DNA of 54,363 bases, the filler included, from Sphacelaria rigidula (taxonomy: Eukaryota), in NCBI GenBank assembly GCA_964200075.2. It is 5 parts of 5 records of this genome, joined end to end, with 100 filler letters (N's around TTAATTAATTAA, not from the genome) between each part and the next. Parts side by side here need not be neighbours in the genome. Positions count along the whole stretch, not along the records: positions 21,787 to 32,579 come from CAXNAA020005902.1; positions 32,680 to 43,471 come from CAXNAA020005903.1; 3 more parts are not named here. One strand, written 5' to 3'. The notes under the pieces were generated by a model, which had not been told where the DNA came from, did not search any database, and saw only the letters and a program-made list of their open reading frames with translations. A program made the position numbers and the translations under genes. Shown here in pieces: positions 23,076 to 34,425 of this stretch. The stretch's first letter is position 1. Every line of letters starts with the position of its first letter.

Positions 23076-24504
23076 TAAGAGGGCGAAAAGAAACACTAAC
23101 CGAGTGGACGTACCCCCCACTCGTCGCCGACTGCGCGGTACTGTACTGCACGAACTGGGGCTGTTTTTTTCATATCTTGTCTTTTTGTGCCTGTATTGGG
23201 TTTGCCTGCTTGTTTGATTTGCGCTTATCTTTTGTTTTGTTTGGTATTCGTATGTTTTTCGTTGTGTGTATTGTGGCTCCTTTTTCTCCACTCTTCTCTT
23301 GACCCCCCCCCCATCCCCCGCCCCCGTTCCCTTTCTTTGGTTGCCTCTGCGTCTGTCGATCATGTTTGTGTGCCACTAGATAATATGTACATTATGACTC
23401 TCTCTTGGTGAGTCCTGATTGCTTCATCACTGCTGGTGGAATTCCGTTGCTCGGTTTTTCTCACCTTCCGAGTGCTTGTTTGATGGTGTGTTTACTCTAT
23501 TAAATAGCGTGGAAAAGAAGATACCACCTGCAGCTCACTATTGCGTTGAGACGCCCCCGACCAGAGGAGTGGTGTTATTATGCGTGATTTGCCGGGAAAT
23601 CCTTCATCTTTCGACTGCGGATCTGCATAAAAGGGCTGATGCGATCGTGGAAGAAATACTATGTATACGCGGTACCAAAGCATGCATCCCGAACAGGATG
23701 AAACCCATGATGATGAAGGCACGACTGGAGTCGTCGGAAAACCGAGGAAAACGTCCCTTCTTTCGGCCTATCGGTATGCGCTGGGCTCGTGACGAATTAA
23801 TGAGTTAAATACAGCAGCCCAATGTTGCGAATTCAGACAAAACAATATATATGGTGTTTGAAAGTCGGTTTTATAGCAGATTGTTGTATAACTTGTGACG
23901 GCTGAACGAAATCATGAACCACGCACCCTTTCTCTGTGTCTTCTTGATTGCCTCATGTAGTGACGTAGAATTGAAGTTTGCTCCAACAGTGATCGCAGCG
24001 TGCGTTCGATCACATCAACCCTCGATCGCTTTCACGCTCTCCACTCTCCCAACTCTACCTCACGTCTTTGCTAGGAGAAGAGACTGCGTTATTTTGCTTT
24101 GACCAATAAGCGCCCGTGAGCACTGCCTGACTTTTGTCTTCAGCTACAAGACGCGAGTGAGCTCCACAGCCACTGGTGCATCCTGTGCAAATCCATCCAG
24201 TGAGACAGCGCCACACAATACCAACCTTCCCGACATCCAAAAAGCAGGGTGCCCAAGTCAATGATATCCGTTGCAGCAGTTAGGATGTCAGTGACGTGGT
24301 ATATGAGCTTTTGTGAACGGCACTTTAGTAGTGGTGGTGGTATCTTGAACCAGTTCGACGTGGATGAAGAATAGGGCAAGTAAATGCACCCAAGAAGGGT
24401 GCGATCACACCGCGATTCCCCCTTCCTTCATAAATTTCAAGTCAATAACTCCGTGCTTGGGGAGAAAAAAGTGGTGTTGGGATAGTCCCCTCCTCCCCCC
24501 CAAA

Positions 24505-24603
24505 CGAGCCTGGTCCGGCGAAAACCCGGCGTGCTCCGTCCCGGCTTTGTAGGGATGCGAGGTCAATGGTCTTATGACTATGGCATGCATGATCATGAGT
24601 ACA
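24505..24603 (+). mobile_element. 5'-truncated SINE-like family B copy with perfect 13-bp TSD
   Basis: CCTCCCCCCCAAA at 24492-24504 and 24604-24616 flanks CGAGCCTGGTCCGGCGAAAACCCGGCGTGCT...ATCATGAGTACA. Confidence 0.88.
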
Positions 24604-24959
24604 CCTCCCCCCCAAAATCAGCCCCGAAACTGCCACGAAGATAGTGGTCATGCAGCGCATGACAGCTGGTTTCAGACCGAATGAAGTGCCTCATTTGAGC
24701 GACATCGGCGAAAACGACCGTACGCGTGGGACTTCTCAGCTGCTGAGTGTGCTCGGCTGTCGTCATTTTGATAGGTATGTTCATTTCACGTCCTCAAACT
24801 AGGCACTTTTCTGCAGCGCGCAGGGGGGGTGGGGGGGTGGAGTATTACGACATCACCAAAAAACAGAGCGTTTTCCGCAGTAGAGTTTATCCCAGTTCGG
24901 CTATAATCTACCCGTTGTTGATATTGCTGGATCTGAGTGTTGACACCCGAGTTTCGGAT

Positions 24960-25112
24960 CTTCAGTGGGGCTGACAAGTCCCAAGTGCTCCTACCGTTGG
25001 CAGAACGCGTTTTTGTCCGAATACTCACACTTTCGCCTGTGGAGCCCTTTGCACCTCCCTCACCCGAGGGTTCTCGGTATACCCTGGGTTGGGGGTAGGG
25101 CTAGGGTGAGCG
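24960..25112 (+). repeat. Dispersed repeat ending in degenerate telomere-like (TTAGGG-type) units, copy 1
   Basis: GCAGAACGCGTTTT...CCGAGGGTTCTCGGTAT.CC.TGGGTTGGGG is shared with 38095-38278, then GGGTAGGGCTAGGGTGAG. Confidence 0.65.
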
Positions 25113-25696
25113 CTATCAATAACATGTGTCAACCGTGAGTAGATTTTAGCCTCACTGCGATAAACCAATCTCCCTCCGAGAATGACAATATCCCGGTGGC
25201 GGTAATAGGCAATGACCCGAGGTGACAAAAGGCCCGTTCCGTAGGAACATTTCCGGAGGATGATACCGTGTCTCGATGCATGTGTGGGCGTGTTCACGAC
25301 AAGGACATACCACGATGTTCACAGTTACAGTATTTCTATGAATCTCCCTTGTATTAGTCTCGATATTGCACTCAACATTGTCGAAATCCTGTATCCTGCA
25401 CTACATCAATTCATTCTCTCCTCGAAAGGCACGGTAAAACATTCAGTGTTCACTTCTTCAGATTTTCTTCCTGCAATAGAGAAAATAGTCGAGGTAAAAT
25501 TGCCTTCAAGGAGCGAAGCTCAACAACTAACCGGTGGTGCCTGCAGCGTTTCACGCAGCTCTACGCGTCGGCTCTCAGGCCGGACCATATCCGTCATCCG
25601 AAAGAAAAGCCAAGACGCACCTTTTGTGTTTTCGTTCCAATATACTCTATCTTGGCGTACTACTTTAGATACACGAGCAATGGTGGGGCGTCAAAC

Positions 25697-28600
25697 TCAG
25701 ACAGGCTGGACACCCAAGAGCTCTACATCGAAGTACAGAGTAGCGTCGGGCGGGATAACCCGTCCTGCCCCCCTCGACCCGTAGCCGAGCTCCGGCGGGA
25801 CGGTGAGCCTGCGGCGCTCCCCAATCTGAGGAACGGGCATAGAGGTAACGCACCATGAGGGACAAAAGATGCACATCCTGATGAATAAAGTGTCACACAT
25901 TGGCTGAACACAGCACCGTGACTGTAGTACAAGAGATCACCGCAAGACTACTGTGACACATCAAGCCGACGCGGCATATATCGCACTAGAGCTAAGTTGC
26001 AGCAGTACTGCAGCGCTCAAAGAGCAAGTCGCACTTATGCACGCGCACAAGGGTGGTTGGTACCGTGTGGTATGAATGCATGGCAAGGCTCACCTTCATG
26101 TTGATAAGAGCCTCGTCCCAAGCCTTGATGACTTGACCCTTGCCCACGCGGAACGAGAACGGCTTTCCACGGTCGCGAGATGAGTCGAAGATCACGCCTT
26201 CATCATCGAAACCGTTTAGCCACCCTGAATTGAAATATCATCATCCGGAAACGCAACAGCTTATTCCTCAGTTGTGGAGTACATAGGTGACCCCTCGAGA
26301 GACACGAAGCTGATACTAAGGGTGGTTAATCAAGCAGTTATCATTCTGTATCGCAGGAATGAAGTCTAAGTAAACATGGCATTGGTTTTCTTCCCCACGA
26401 AAAACTCATGGCGCGTAGGAGAGTCTAAGATCTTCTTGGGCTCGTGTTGAGGCAGCTGTCAGATTGTACACGGCGGAATTACACACCAATCTAGTAACTA
26501 TATATGATCGATTGATTGGTATAAATAGTCGCACATTGACTGACCCGCTAGGAGTCATAATCCAGTCATACTCTAGCCGTGATCATACTATAGACGTGCC
26601 CAAGGAAAAAAACAGCAACACTCGCTGAAGGAAGCTCTAGAAAAGGGCAACGGTGAAACAACGAATAGACCCAGGGCAATACAACACGTACCTAGCAGCG
26701 ACGAACAGCACCCTATGCCTCGACTTCTTACGCCGTCGAACCTTGAGGAAAACACGAGTCAACCTACTCTGCTGCTGCAGAATGCACCACCATACTACCG
26801 TCCGTGATTACACCCCACTTCATTCAGTTTAGCGTTCAGCACGATTTTCACAACCTCGCGGGAGCTGAAATGGTTAAAATGTGAGGCGCCATCCTAAGCA
26901 ACCGTCATAATCTCTCGAGAAACATATTTGTGATGCGATAGACAAAACCTCAATCATTTCCCCCCCAAAACCCACAGGGAAAATTATCTCAGTACCCGTA
27001 CCGCATATTCTTCCTCTCATCTTGAGCCAGAAACGAATATCTTCCCCTCTTGACCGAACAACAGCTCGAGAGCGATCGGAATGTCTGTGCAGGTCGTTGC
27101 ATCAGCCGCAGAAGTGACTCACTGCACAGATACTCGTCAGAGTGACCTCATCATTCCCCACCTCCTTCCTCTCTAGAGCTCTATGGAAGTGTCGAATGGT
27201 CTCCTGGTACATGCTGCAACTCAGTCCACCTCCACGTTTGTTTTGGGGACTCCTTGTGCGTTGGTTGAACGTTTCTGCATTGACGCCAGCTGTTGGTAGC
27301 ATCGCAAAATGACTTACAAAGTACCTCATAACTCTGACGACTTCTAATAATACCTTACGTGCATATCGGGGTAGCCTCCCCTCTCACGCTACGATGAAAA
27401 ATGAGAGCATGGGGGACGATTTTCAGAGGTACGATACCCCCAAATTACCTTGAGAGCTACTTATGGATATGCGGGGTGGTGGGTCCTCGGGAAGCAAGGA
27501 AGCCGAAGCGACACAATAAACCGAGAATAGATAAGAGGACCGGGGTTCGAGTCATCATCTCTTGAGGACGGGAGTTGCTCAAAACCCAGTATGACTTGTA
27601 CCACGAGGCGTATGTTTTCCGTACTGGTAACAGACAGGTTCGTTTTTCATGTACCCCAACCCGGAGGCAGACTGACCAGTGTAGTGCGCTTTCACGAAGT
27701 CTCCCGCATTGGGTTTGGCACCCGTTCCCGCCTTGGTCACGACGTACTTCAGCCCGCTATCCGAGGTGATCTCCTCTCCCACCTTCACCTCATCTGGCTC
27801 AGCTGCCAGCGCAACAACAGGCGACCCTATCGTAACAGCGGCTACGGCGGCAGCGGCAACGCCTTTGGCGGACTTACTAAGGAAGGAGCGGCGACTCTCG
27901 CTTTCGGGGGAAGAGGCAGAGCAGCGAAGTACTTTGTAGGACGCGCAGACTTGTGTCGTACATCCTGTGCAGGGAGAACGACCGCATGGCGAGGTTCATG
28001 CAGTATGGTGAAAAGCAGGTCTCTTCATGACGCTGGTTTGGGGGGCGAAAACATTAAGCGAGGGTGTTACTTAGCGGAAGGGGGTGGGAGCATGATGTTA
28101 AATGTATATTATGAGTAATGAGATGGCCATGCTCAACACTTGGCACTTGGTTCCCTCAAGGCATGTCTAGTCGAGTTGGAAAATTCAGCTAGCAGAATCA
28201 GTTTGTAAACAGAATGACGACGACGACTAGTTTGAGTCTTGACGGAAACTTCCTTGTCCAGATCAGAGCCACGTCTGCGAACATGTTCGAAGGTAGGGCG
28301 GCGGTTCTTGCAGTGGTCGTTGGTCCCACATAGATGTGCTAATACAAACAAACGTGAAAGGGAAACACAACACCCAAGACTGAGACCCGACGAAACACGC
28401 AGACTCTCGCCACACACATGCACCGGCTCCAGCGTCAGCCCTTGGTGATGTACACACACACCGATATTTTTGTAAGGACCCCCGCCCAGGATTGGATTAA
28501 GGGCGGTTGTGTGCGTGTCATGTGGCAACTGAAAACCTATCGTTGCTCACCCGTCGTATGGGCTTTTCCTGCTCACGTCTGACAAAAATGGTCGGTTCTC

Positions 28601-30831
28601 GTTCAACTTTTGAACAGATTCGATCGAACTGGTGAACAGTAGATATTCAACTGATGAACGGACATGACTCGAGCTGCAAGATTTTTTTCAGCCGGGGGCA
28701 GTGGGATTCTCAGGTTCATGCGAGGTTTTCTCAGGTTTGCTCGGCACGCCTGCTGTCCTCGAGCAAATTGACTGTTCGCGGAAACCGATTCTTCGGCGAT
28801 CTCTTTGGAGGGGGATTGGTAGCGCACGGATAACTAGTGTGAAAAGCAAACAAATTTGTCTCGATAAAGCAAGCCATAAACCTTGGCATAAAATCAACTT
28901 TCGCTGTATATACAAGCACACAGTAAGTACCGTGAAGCGCAGGATCTGCTGCTAAGGTTTTGTTTGCCTGATGCTGTGAAAGCTTGATCGCTACGCGCGC
29001 ACAAAAAGACAGTAGCGCATTTCTTGCGATACACATAAACTAAGGTTGTTTTGATTCCGCCGGCTGCTGATGTGTAAACATACTACAGAGTTGGGCCAGC
29101 CAACAAGCGGATCTGTAGGTTGCAGGCCCATTCTGACCTCAATTGTGAGATTCGGACCTTGAAAGTTGGTACGGAGAATCACTATTATTGGGTATGATAA
29201 AAGAAGAAATGTTGGTTCATTGAGATTCTTGTCATGACTTGGAAACGTTTTCGTGAAAACTGGACCTTGTTTTCCCACAACAGTAGCTCAAGAAGAACAA
29301 CATCCCAATGACTCGATATTACTTCGTTTATTACGCCCTAGCGATTCTCCATAACAAATTTGAAAGTCCAACTCTCACAGCAGAGGTGAAAATCGGCGAT
29401 GTAGAGCCTGGGCCGGTCGAGATTCGGAACAGTATTGTGCAGGCCATTTACAAAACCAGCTACTTTGAAACTCCGTGTGAACAATCATCAGGGCACAATA
29501 AAAAAGACTTCGGACACGGCCACTTTTTTGTTTTTTGTTTCTTGCTTGTGACATGCCCTTGCGATTCTCCATACTCAATTTCAAATTCCAAGGAGCTGAG
29601 AAACTGTGTTGAGGGTCAAGACAACGTACATATTTCACATAAAACGCCCGTAACTCATGAAAAAAATCCCCAAGGTGCCCAACGTTTGTTTTCATTATGC
29701 CCTTGCGATACTTGCACCCCAAACCATACCAATTTTCAATTTTCAAAGCACAACTCTCGCTAAAACGGAGACGCGAAATCTAGATCAAGTACATTTCGTG
29801 CCTCTGCTCATATATCGAGTGTAGTATGAAATCTCATGTGCGCCATATCTTCGTTACTAGACAGATGAACGAATGTGGTGAAGGTGAGAGTATCGATCGT
29901 TTGATCGTTTCCCCGTGCTTCAGGGAATGCTCACACCAAAAAACATCATCCACATGCATCCACTACTGTGCATATCGTTCGGGACTTCTTCATATAGACT
30001 AGACGTGAGTATTTATCTTATCTCCATACATTGTAGGAATTACTCGACATGACACTTGATCAACGAGACAAAATTGGCCCAGTCTTTTGAGCAGATGGAC
30101 ATGCTCTCCTTGATCAGATGACTAGTAAGATTTACAAATCACGGTCCAACTAGTCTGTGTCGATGAGATACGGCTGTGTGGAGAGCCTAAATCCGTTTTT
30201 AGTTTTTAGGCTGACCCAGCTCATACCCTACCAATGTGTTTCGTTCGGCCGTCATCGCCAATCTTGCGATGCCATCATCACAAGATTGCCACTTTTTGGA
30301 GACCTCGTACACGCTTGTTGCATTCACTAGGTCGGGCTTTTCGCCAACAAAAACTTGAGGAAGGGGCCTTCGTAACAGTGATCCTCGCTGCATCCATTTT
30401 ATCAGCGCCCCAGCTGTATCTGATTGCTGACTGCTGTGTAATCAGGCCACATGTGCCAGGATCAGGGATTCAGTCAATACGATCAAGTGCCACACACCGC
30501 AGCCGAACAATTACACTAAATATCCGAAGCAATCAAAAGTTAAACGCTGTTGATCTCCTGCATGCATCACTGAATCAACGAACGCACAACAATACCGTAG
30601 CGTAGCACAGCGATAGTGTCGAGTCGCACAACTGCATGAGTCATGCCGTGTCCACTTGCATTTTACGTCACGTTGGAACGCAACATGTGACACCTCAAAA
30701 CACGAAGCGACACATGAGGGCTGACAGCATGAACCTTGACGACACAACTCACCTCTGCTAACAACAGACGGCACAACGAATGCCTCTGACGCGGACAGGA
30801 TGCTTACGATGATCACGATGGTTGTCTTCAT
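25697..30831 (-). CDS. FKBP: FKBP-type peptidyl-prolyl cis-trans isomerase, predicted plastid thylakoid-lumen; complete 4-exon gene
   Basis: Exons 30831-30753 ([26 protein letters not shown]), 27964-27677 (...[38 protein letters not shown]...[27 protein letters not shown]), 26224-26094 ([44 protein letters not shown]), 25825-25697 ([42 protein letters not shown]). All introns GT-AG and phase-compatible; canonical FKBP motifs. Confidence 0.95.
29300..30230. repeat. Intronic repeat related to 36130-36455 (probable non-autonomous DNA element)
   Basis: Shared motifs TGCCCTTGCGAT..CATACC..TCAAAGCAC and TAGGCTGACCCAGCTC.TA. Boundaries approximate. Confidence 0.45.
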
Positions 30832-31330
30832 ATTTCAACGTCCTTGTGCGACACGAGACCCGCGTATTCTAATACATCCCATCACCCTCCTGCAGGGCAC
30901 TGAGAGTCTACGGTTAGCCTGAACCGACCCGTTTGTCGAAAATATCTGTGTCTACGTACTATGTTCAAACGAAGCTTTGAAAATCTTTTAACGGCATGCA
31001 GATTGAGGTGCATAGGGGGATGCGGAGGAATTAGCATGGCCCTCATTGATCGGACCGATCTAACCCATATAGTAAGGATATGATGAATGCGATAAATGCA
31101 GACACTGAAAATACAGGCCAGTTACTTTCACAGTACAGTATCCAGGGCCTTAGGATACCTGCTCGAGTTTCGACAAAGATAGATAGATTCAACTCGTTCA
31201 TGTTCAAGTATCTTTGCAACAGCTCAACAGGTGTTGTTTTGACGGCGAAGAGCAGTAGCAGCGGTTACACATCGAACAGAACACAGGATGATAATCGCAG
31301 TGTAAATCTTGTGTGGATAAATGATGGCAA
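30832..31330. promoter_or_regulatory. Putative bidirectional promoter/5' UTR region
   Basis: ~500 bp between the FKBP ATG (30831, minus) and the ATG of the divergent gene model (31331, plus). Inferred from gene arrangement only. Confidence 0.4.
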
Positions 31331-32249
31331 ATGGCTGCAGTTGAGGTGAATGACCCGTCGCAACTCTATACTCCAGGTAGTTAGATTTCTCAGCGCGGCT
31401 CTTTTCGACAGGGGTCCAACGAGAGACTTCTACTGTGGCTGCAAGAGGAAATGGGTGCCGATACGATGTCATGAAGCAGCTTTATCGGCAGACACTGGAA
31501 CCGCTATGGCGCCGCATCGGCGATGGGCTACTCGTGGTATCGAAGGTAAATCGTTTTGGTTAGAGCACGCAGCACACCCGGCATTGCAATGCACTGTGCT
31601 GCACTGTGCCGCGCTGAGCTTTGATGTCAAGAAAGGTGACAACGCGCTTGTACGTACATATATATCATACGAGTACTCGTATTAATAGTCGGAAGGAGAC
31701 CATGAGACCATCTACACTAGACTGAAAACTGTTTTTTCACAGACGTTGCAACGTCGTGTGAAACATCCTGATAACTTTGTTGACGCCGCAATATTCGTCG
31801 TGCGAAAGATGGGACACCCGCAGGTCACATGATACTGACGGTGCGACAACAGTGCAGTTGACAGCAATCGGCGTAGCACCACTCCGACGCCGACGAGTAG
31901 CAAGGACGGAAGTGCCTGTGCCTGTTCCCTGTGCCTGGTGGCAATGCTTGCGTGGAAGGTTGTTGGTATAGGAAGAGCAGCGCGTACAGACATAGTTTTG
32001 TGACTTACTCATGAGCGATTGGTGAGGAAGTTGCCATCGTTTTCCTCGAGATATTTCAAGCTCATCAGCAAATAATGTTCTGTATACGTTGTCCACTCGA
32101 GGTTTTACGGTGCAGATGCACAAGGCAGCGACGGGGACGAGGCTGCTGAGGCCGAGGAGACCTTTCGCATGGGTCTACAGAGAAATATTCTGCACCTTTC
32201 TAATGTTGTGCGAGCTCAGCAGGACGAGCTCGTAACCCTTCGAGCGCAG
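31331..32249 (+). CDS. Hypothetical protein, first two coding exons (possible coiled-coil); 3' part outside the block
   Basis: Exons 31331-31376 (MAAVEVNDPSQLYTP, CAG|GTAG) and 32116-32249 (DAQGSDGDEAAEAEETFRMGLQRNILHLSNVVRAQQDELVTLRAQ, TGCAG| ... CAG|GTAAC) are phase-compatible. Confidence 0.55.
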
Positions 32250-32829
32250 GTAACAGCATCTGACGCGTGCGCGTCCTTAGACCACCCGACAAAATGATAC
32301 CATCCCCCAACTTTTGACTTTCGCTACACGTACGGCACAGAGAAGGCGCTTGATTTGATGATGGATGGATACATGTTGTAACCTTTTCTAGCAGTCGGGT
32401 GCTCGGGATATTGTCATGACTGAAGCGCGTCCGGACGATGTGCGTACGCTCCCTGCAGTCAAGCACACTAATGCTGAACGCTCGTCCAACGCAGATGTTC
32501 ACGTATCCGTGTTTCCACCCGTTAAAACAGCCGATCATCTATGTTGAGGATGGTGCTTTTCATTGAGGATGAGAACCCGNNNNNNNNNNNNNNNNNNNNN
32601 NNNNNNNNNNNNNNNNNNNNNNNTTAATTAATTAANNNNNNNNNNNNNNNNNNNNNNNNNNNNNNNNNNNNNNNNNNNNAAAGACTTCTGGACCACAGCC
32701 TAGATGAACAGATCTGGAACATAATGTCCCGACAAGCAGACTGAACCCGCGCTGAACTCGTGATACTATTGCAGGACAAAAGGGAGGTCCCGCCAGAAAC
32801 GAGAAGAGCGTCGCGAAGCTAGTAGAAAT

Positions 32830-33903
32830 ACCAGCCCATGCGTCAATTAACGCCAGCATAAGAAGCGGGTACGAGAAAAAGTTCGAAATGTGGTCGGAGT
32901 GGAGGGCCCGCCGAGAAAAGCCAGTATATATGTTAAGAACCGATGGCGAGGCTAGCGCAGTCATCGATATCACGGAATTTATTGCGTGGCGGCTTTTTAC
33001 GCACAAAACCCAGAGGGGGACAGTGCGGGGGTATTTGTCAGCGATAAGCTTTTACCACAAGATGCATACCGGTTGGGAGTTACCTATGAAACACTGTATG
33101 ATAGCAGCCGTGCTCAAGGGAGTGGATCGAGCACACGAAAAATCCAAATTGAGGCCCCGCGTGCGAAAACCGCTGACGCTACCTCTGTTGGTAGAAGGGA
33201 GAATGCTAGAGATGGGTACGACACGAGCCGAGTCACATCGATAGGCCTAGCCCTATCGTATTTTCTTCTATGCAGGGCCTCCGAAATCTGGGCATACAAC
33301 GATGGTTCGGTACATCAAGATTTTTGTCTTCGGCGGGGAGACCTCACCTTTTTCAGAGAAAACTCCCAACTGATCTGGTAAGACAGGGGCATGGCCGATA
33401 GGGTCGAGGTGCGTTTTAGGGCCTCCAAGGCAGACAAAAAACGGCTAGGGGCGGTGGTATCTCGAACTAGAGTAGGGGGAAGCGCGCGGGGTGCCAAAAG
33501 ATCTGAAAACACAGGGACACTGGAGCTCCTACTTGAGCTGCTTGACTACCACCCAGAGTTGGGGGCAGAAGCTCCACTGATGCAGACCGTAGGTAAGACC
33601 GGATGGGTAGCAGTCACTCGGGCATGCGCGACGAGCGCACTTAGGTAACTAATTTCCAGTACAGGGAGGGACCCGACGGAGTTCGCACTGCACTCCGGTA
33701 GGATCGGGGGACCAACATATCTAGCGGCGCAGGGGGCGTCGCAACTGCAGATTCAGAGGGCGGGGAGGTGGAAATCGCTGGTCTTCATGACGTACGTGAG
33801 AGCGGGGGGCGAAGGAGCGAAATTCGTATCGCAAGCACTCGCTGGGGAGGAAAGTACAAACAAAGAAGAGAAGAAAAAAATGAAATTAAGTGAAAAAAAT
33901 TAG
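32830..33903 (+). pseudogene. Tyrosine recombinase of a DIRS/Ngaro-type retrotransposon, disabled
   Basis: TVRGYLSAISFYH, RKPLT, LALSYFLLCRASE (catalytic R), FRASKAD (K), FALHSGRIGG (HxxR), IQRAGRWKS and FMTYVR (Y); one frameshift and two in-frame stops. Confidence 0.9.
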
Positions 33904-34278
33904 GGGAAGGAAAGAGGGACTAGATCGGGCTGCCCAATTGCCGGCTGCCAGACTCTCAGACTCTTGGGATGTAGGATCCTCTAGCATTGCTACTGTCCGT
34001 ACGGGGGTGTTGCCCCCTTGCCAGGTACGTTTTGGAGCATGATACCAGATGAAGATCACCCTTCCTTGTACATGGGCACCAAACGCGGGCTCATCACTCA
34101 AGAGTTCGATTTGGAGGATGATACTAGGTGGGCCGCGGCAACTGCTGTGTGTCCAGGTGCCCCTTGGAGCAGGATGCGTTTGGTGTCCGTTTGACGAAGT
34201 TATCCCCAAAAATCCGAAATCGATAAGGGTTTTAGACTGCAAAAATCTAGCAAAACCACTGTCATAAGGGTTCGATCA

Positions 34279-34425
34279 CAAGAATCACGACGCAAAAAAA
34301 CTATCGCAAAGATCCAATCGCAAGAATCACGACGCAAAAAAACTATCGCAAAGATCCAATCGCAAGAATCACGACGCAAAAAAACTGTCGCAAAGATCCA
34401 ACCGCAAGAATCACGACGCAAAAAC
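34279..34425. repeat. 42-bp tandem repeat x3.5
   Basis: CAAGAATCACGACGCAAAAAAACTATCGCAAAGATCCAATCG at 34279, 34321, 34363 and 34405. Confidence 0.95.

Noticed and set aside
8618..25696. Gypsy element as part of an eIF4G intron, or linkage between eIF4G, FKBP, YR and nicastrin as a system
   Set aside because: These lie in different blocks separated by artificial spacers, so adjacency is not evidence.
30199..30393. Possible extra exon in FKBP intron 1
   Set aside because: Exons 1 and 2 already join in frame to give a coherent presequence; the acceptor is weak and it abuts a repeat.
32030..32075. Hammerhead-like CTGATGAG...GAAA on the minus strand
   Set aside because: Lacks the closing stem II pair and any stem I or III.
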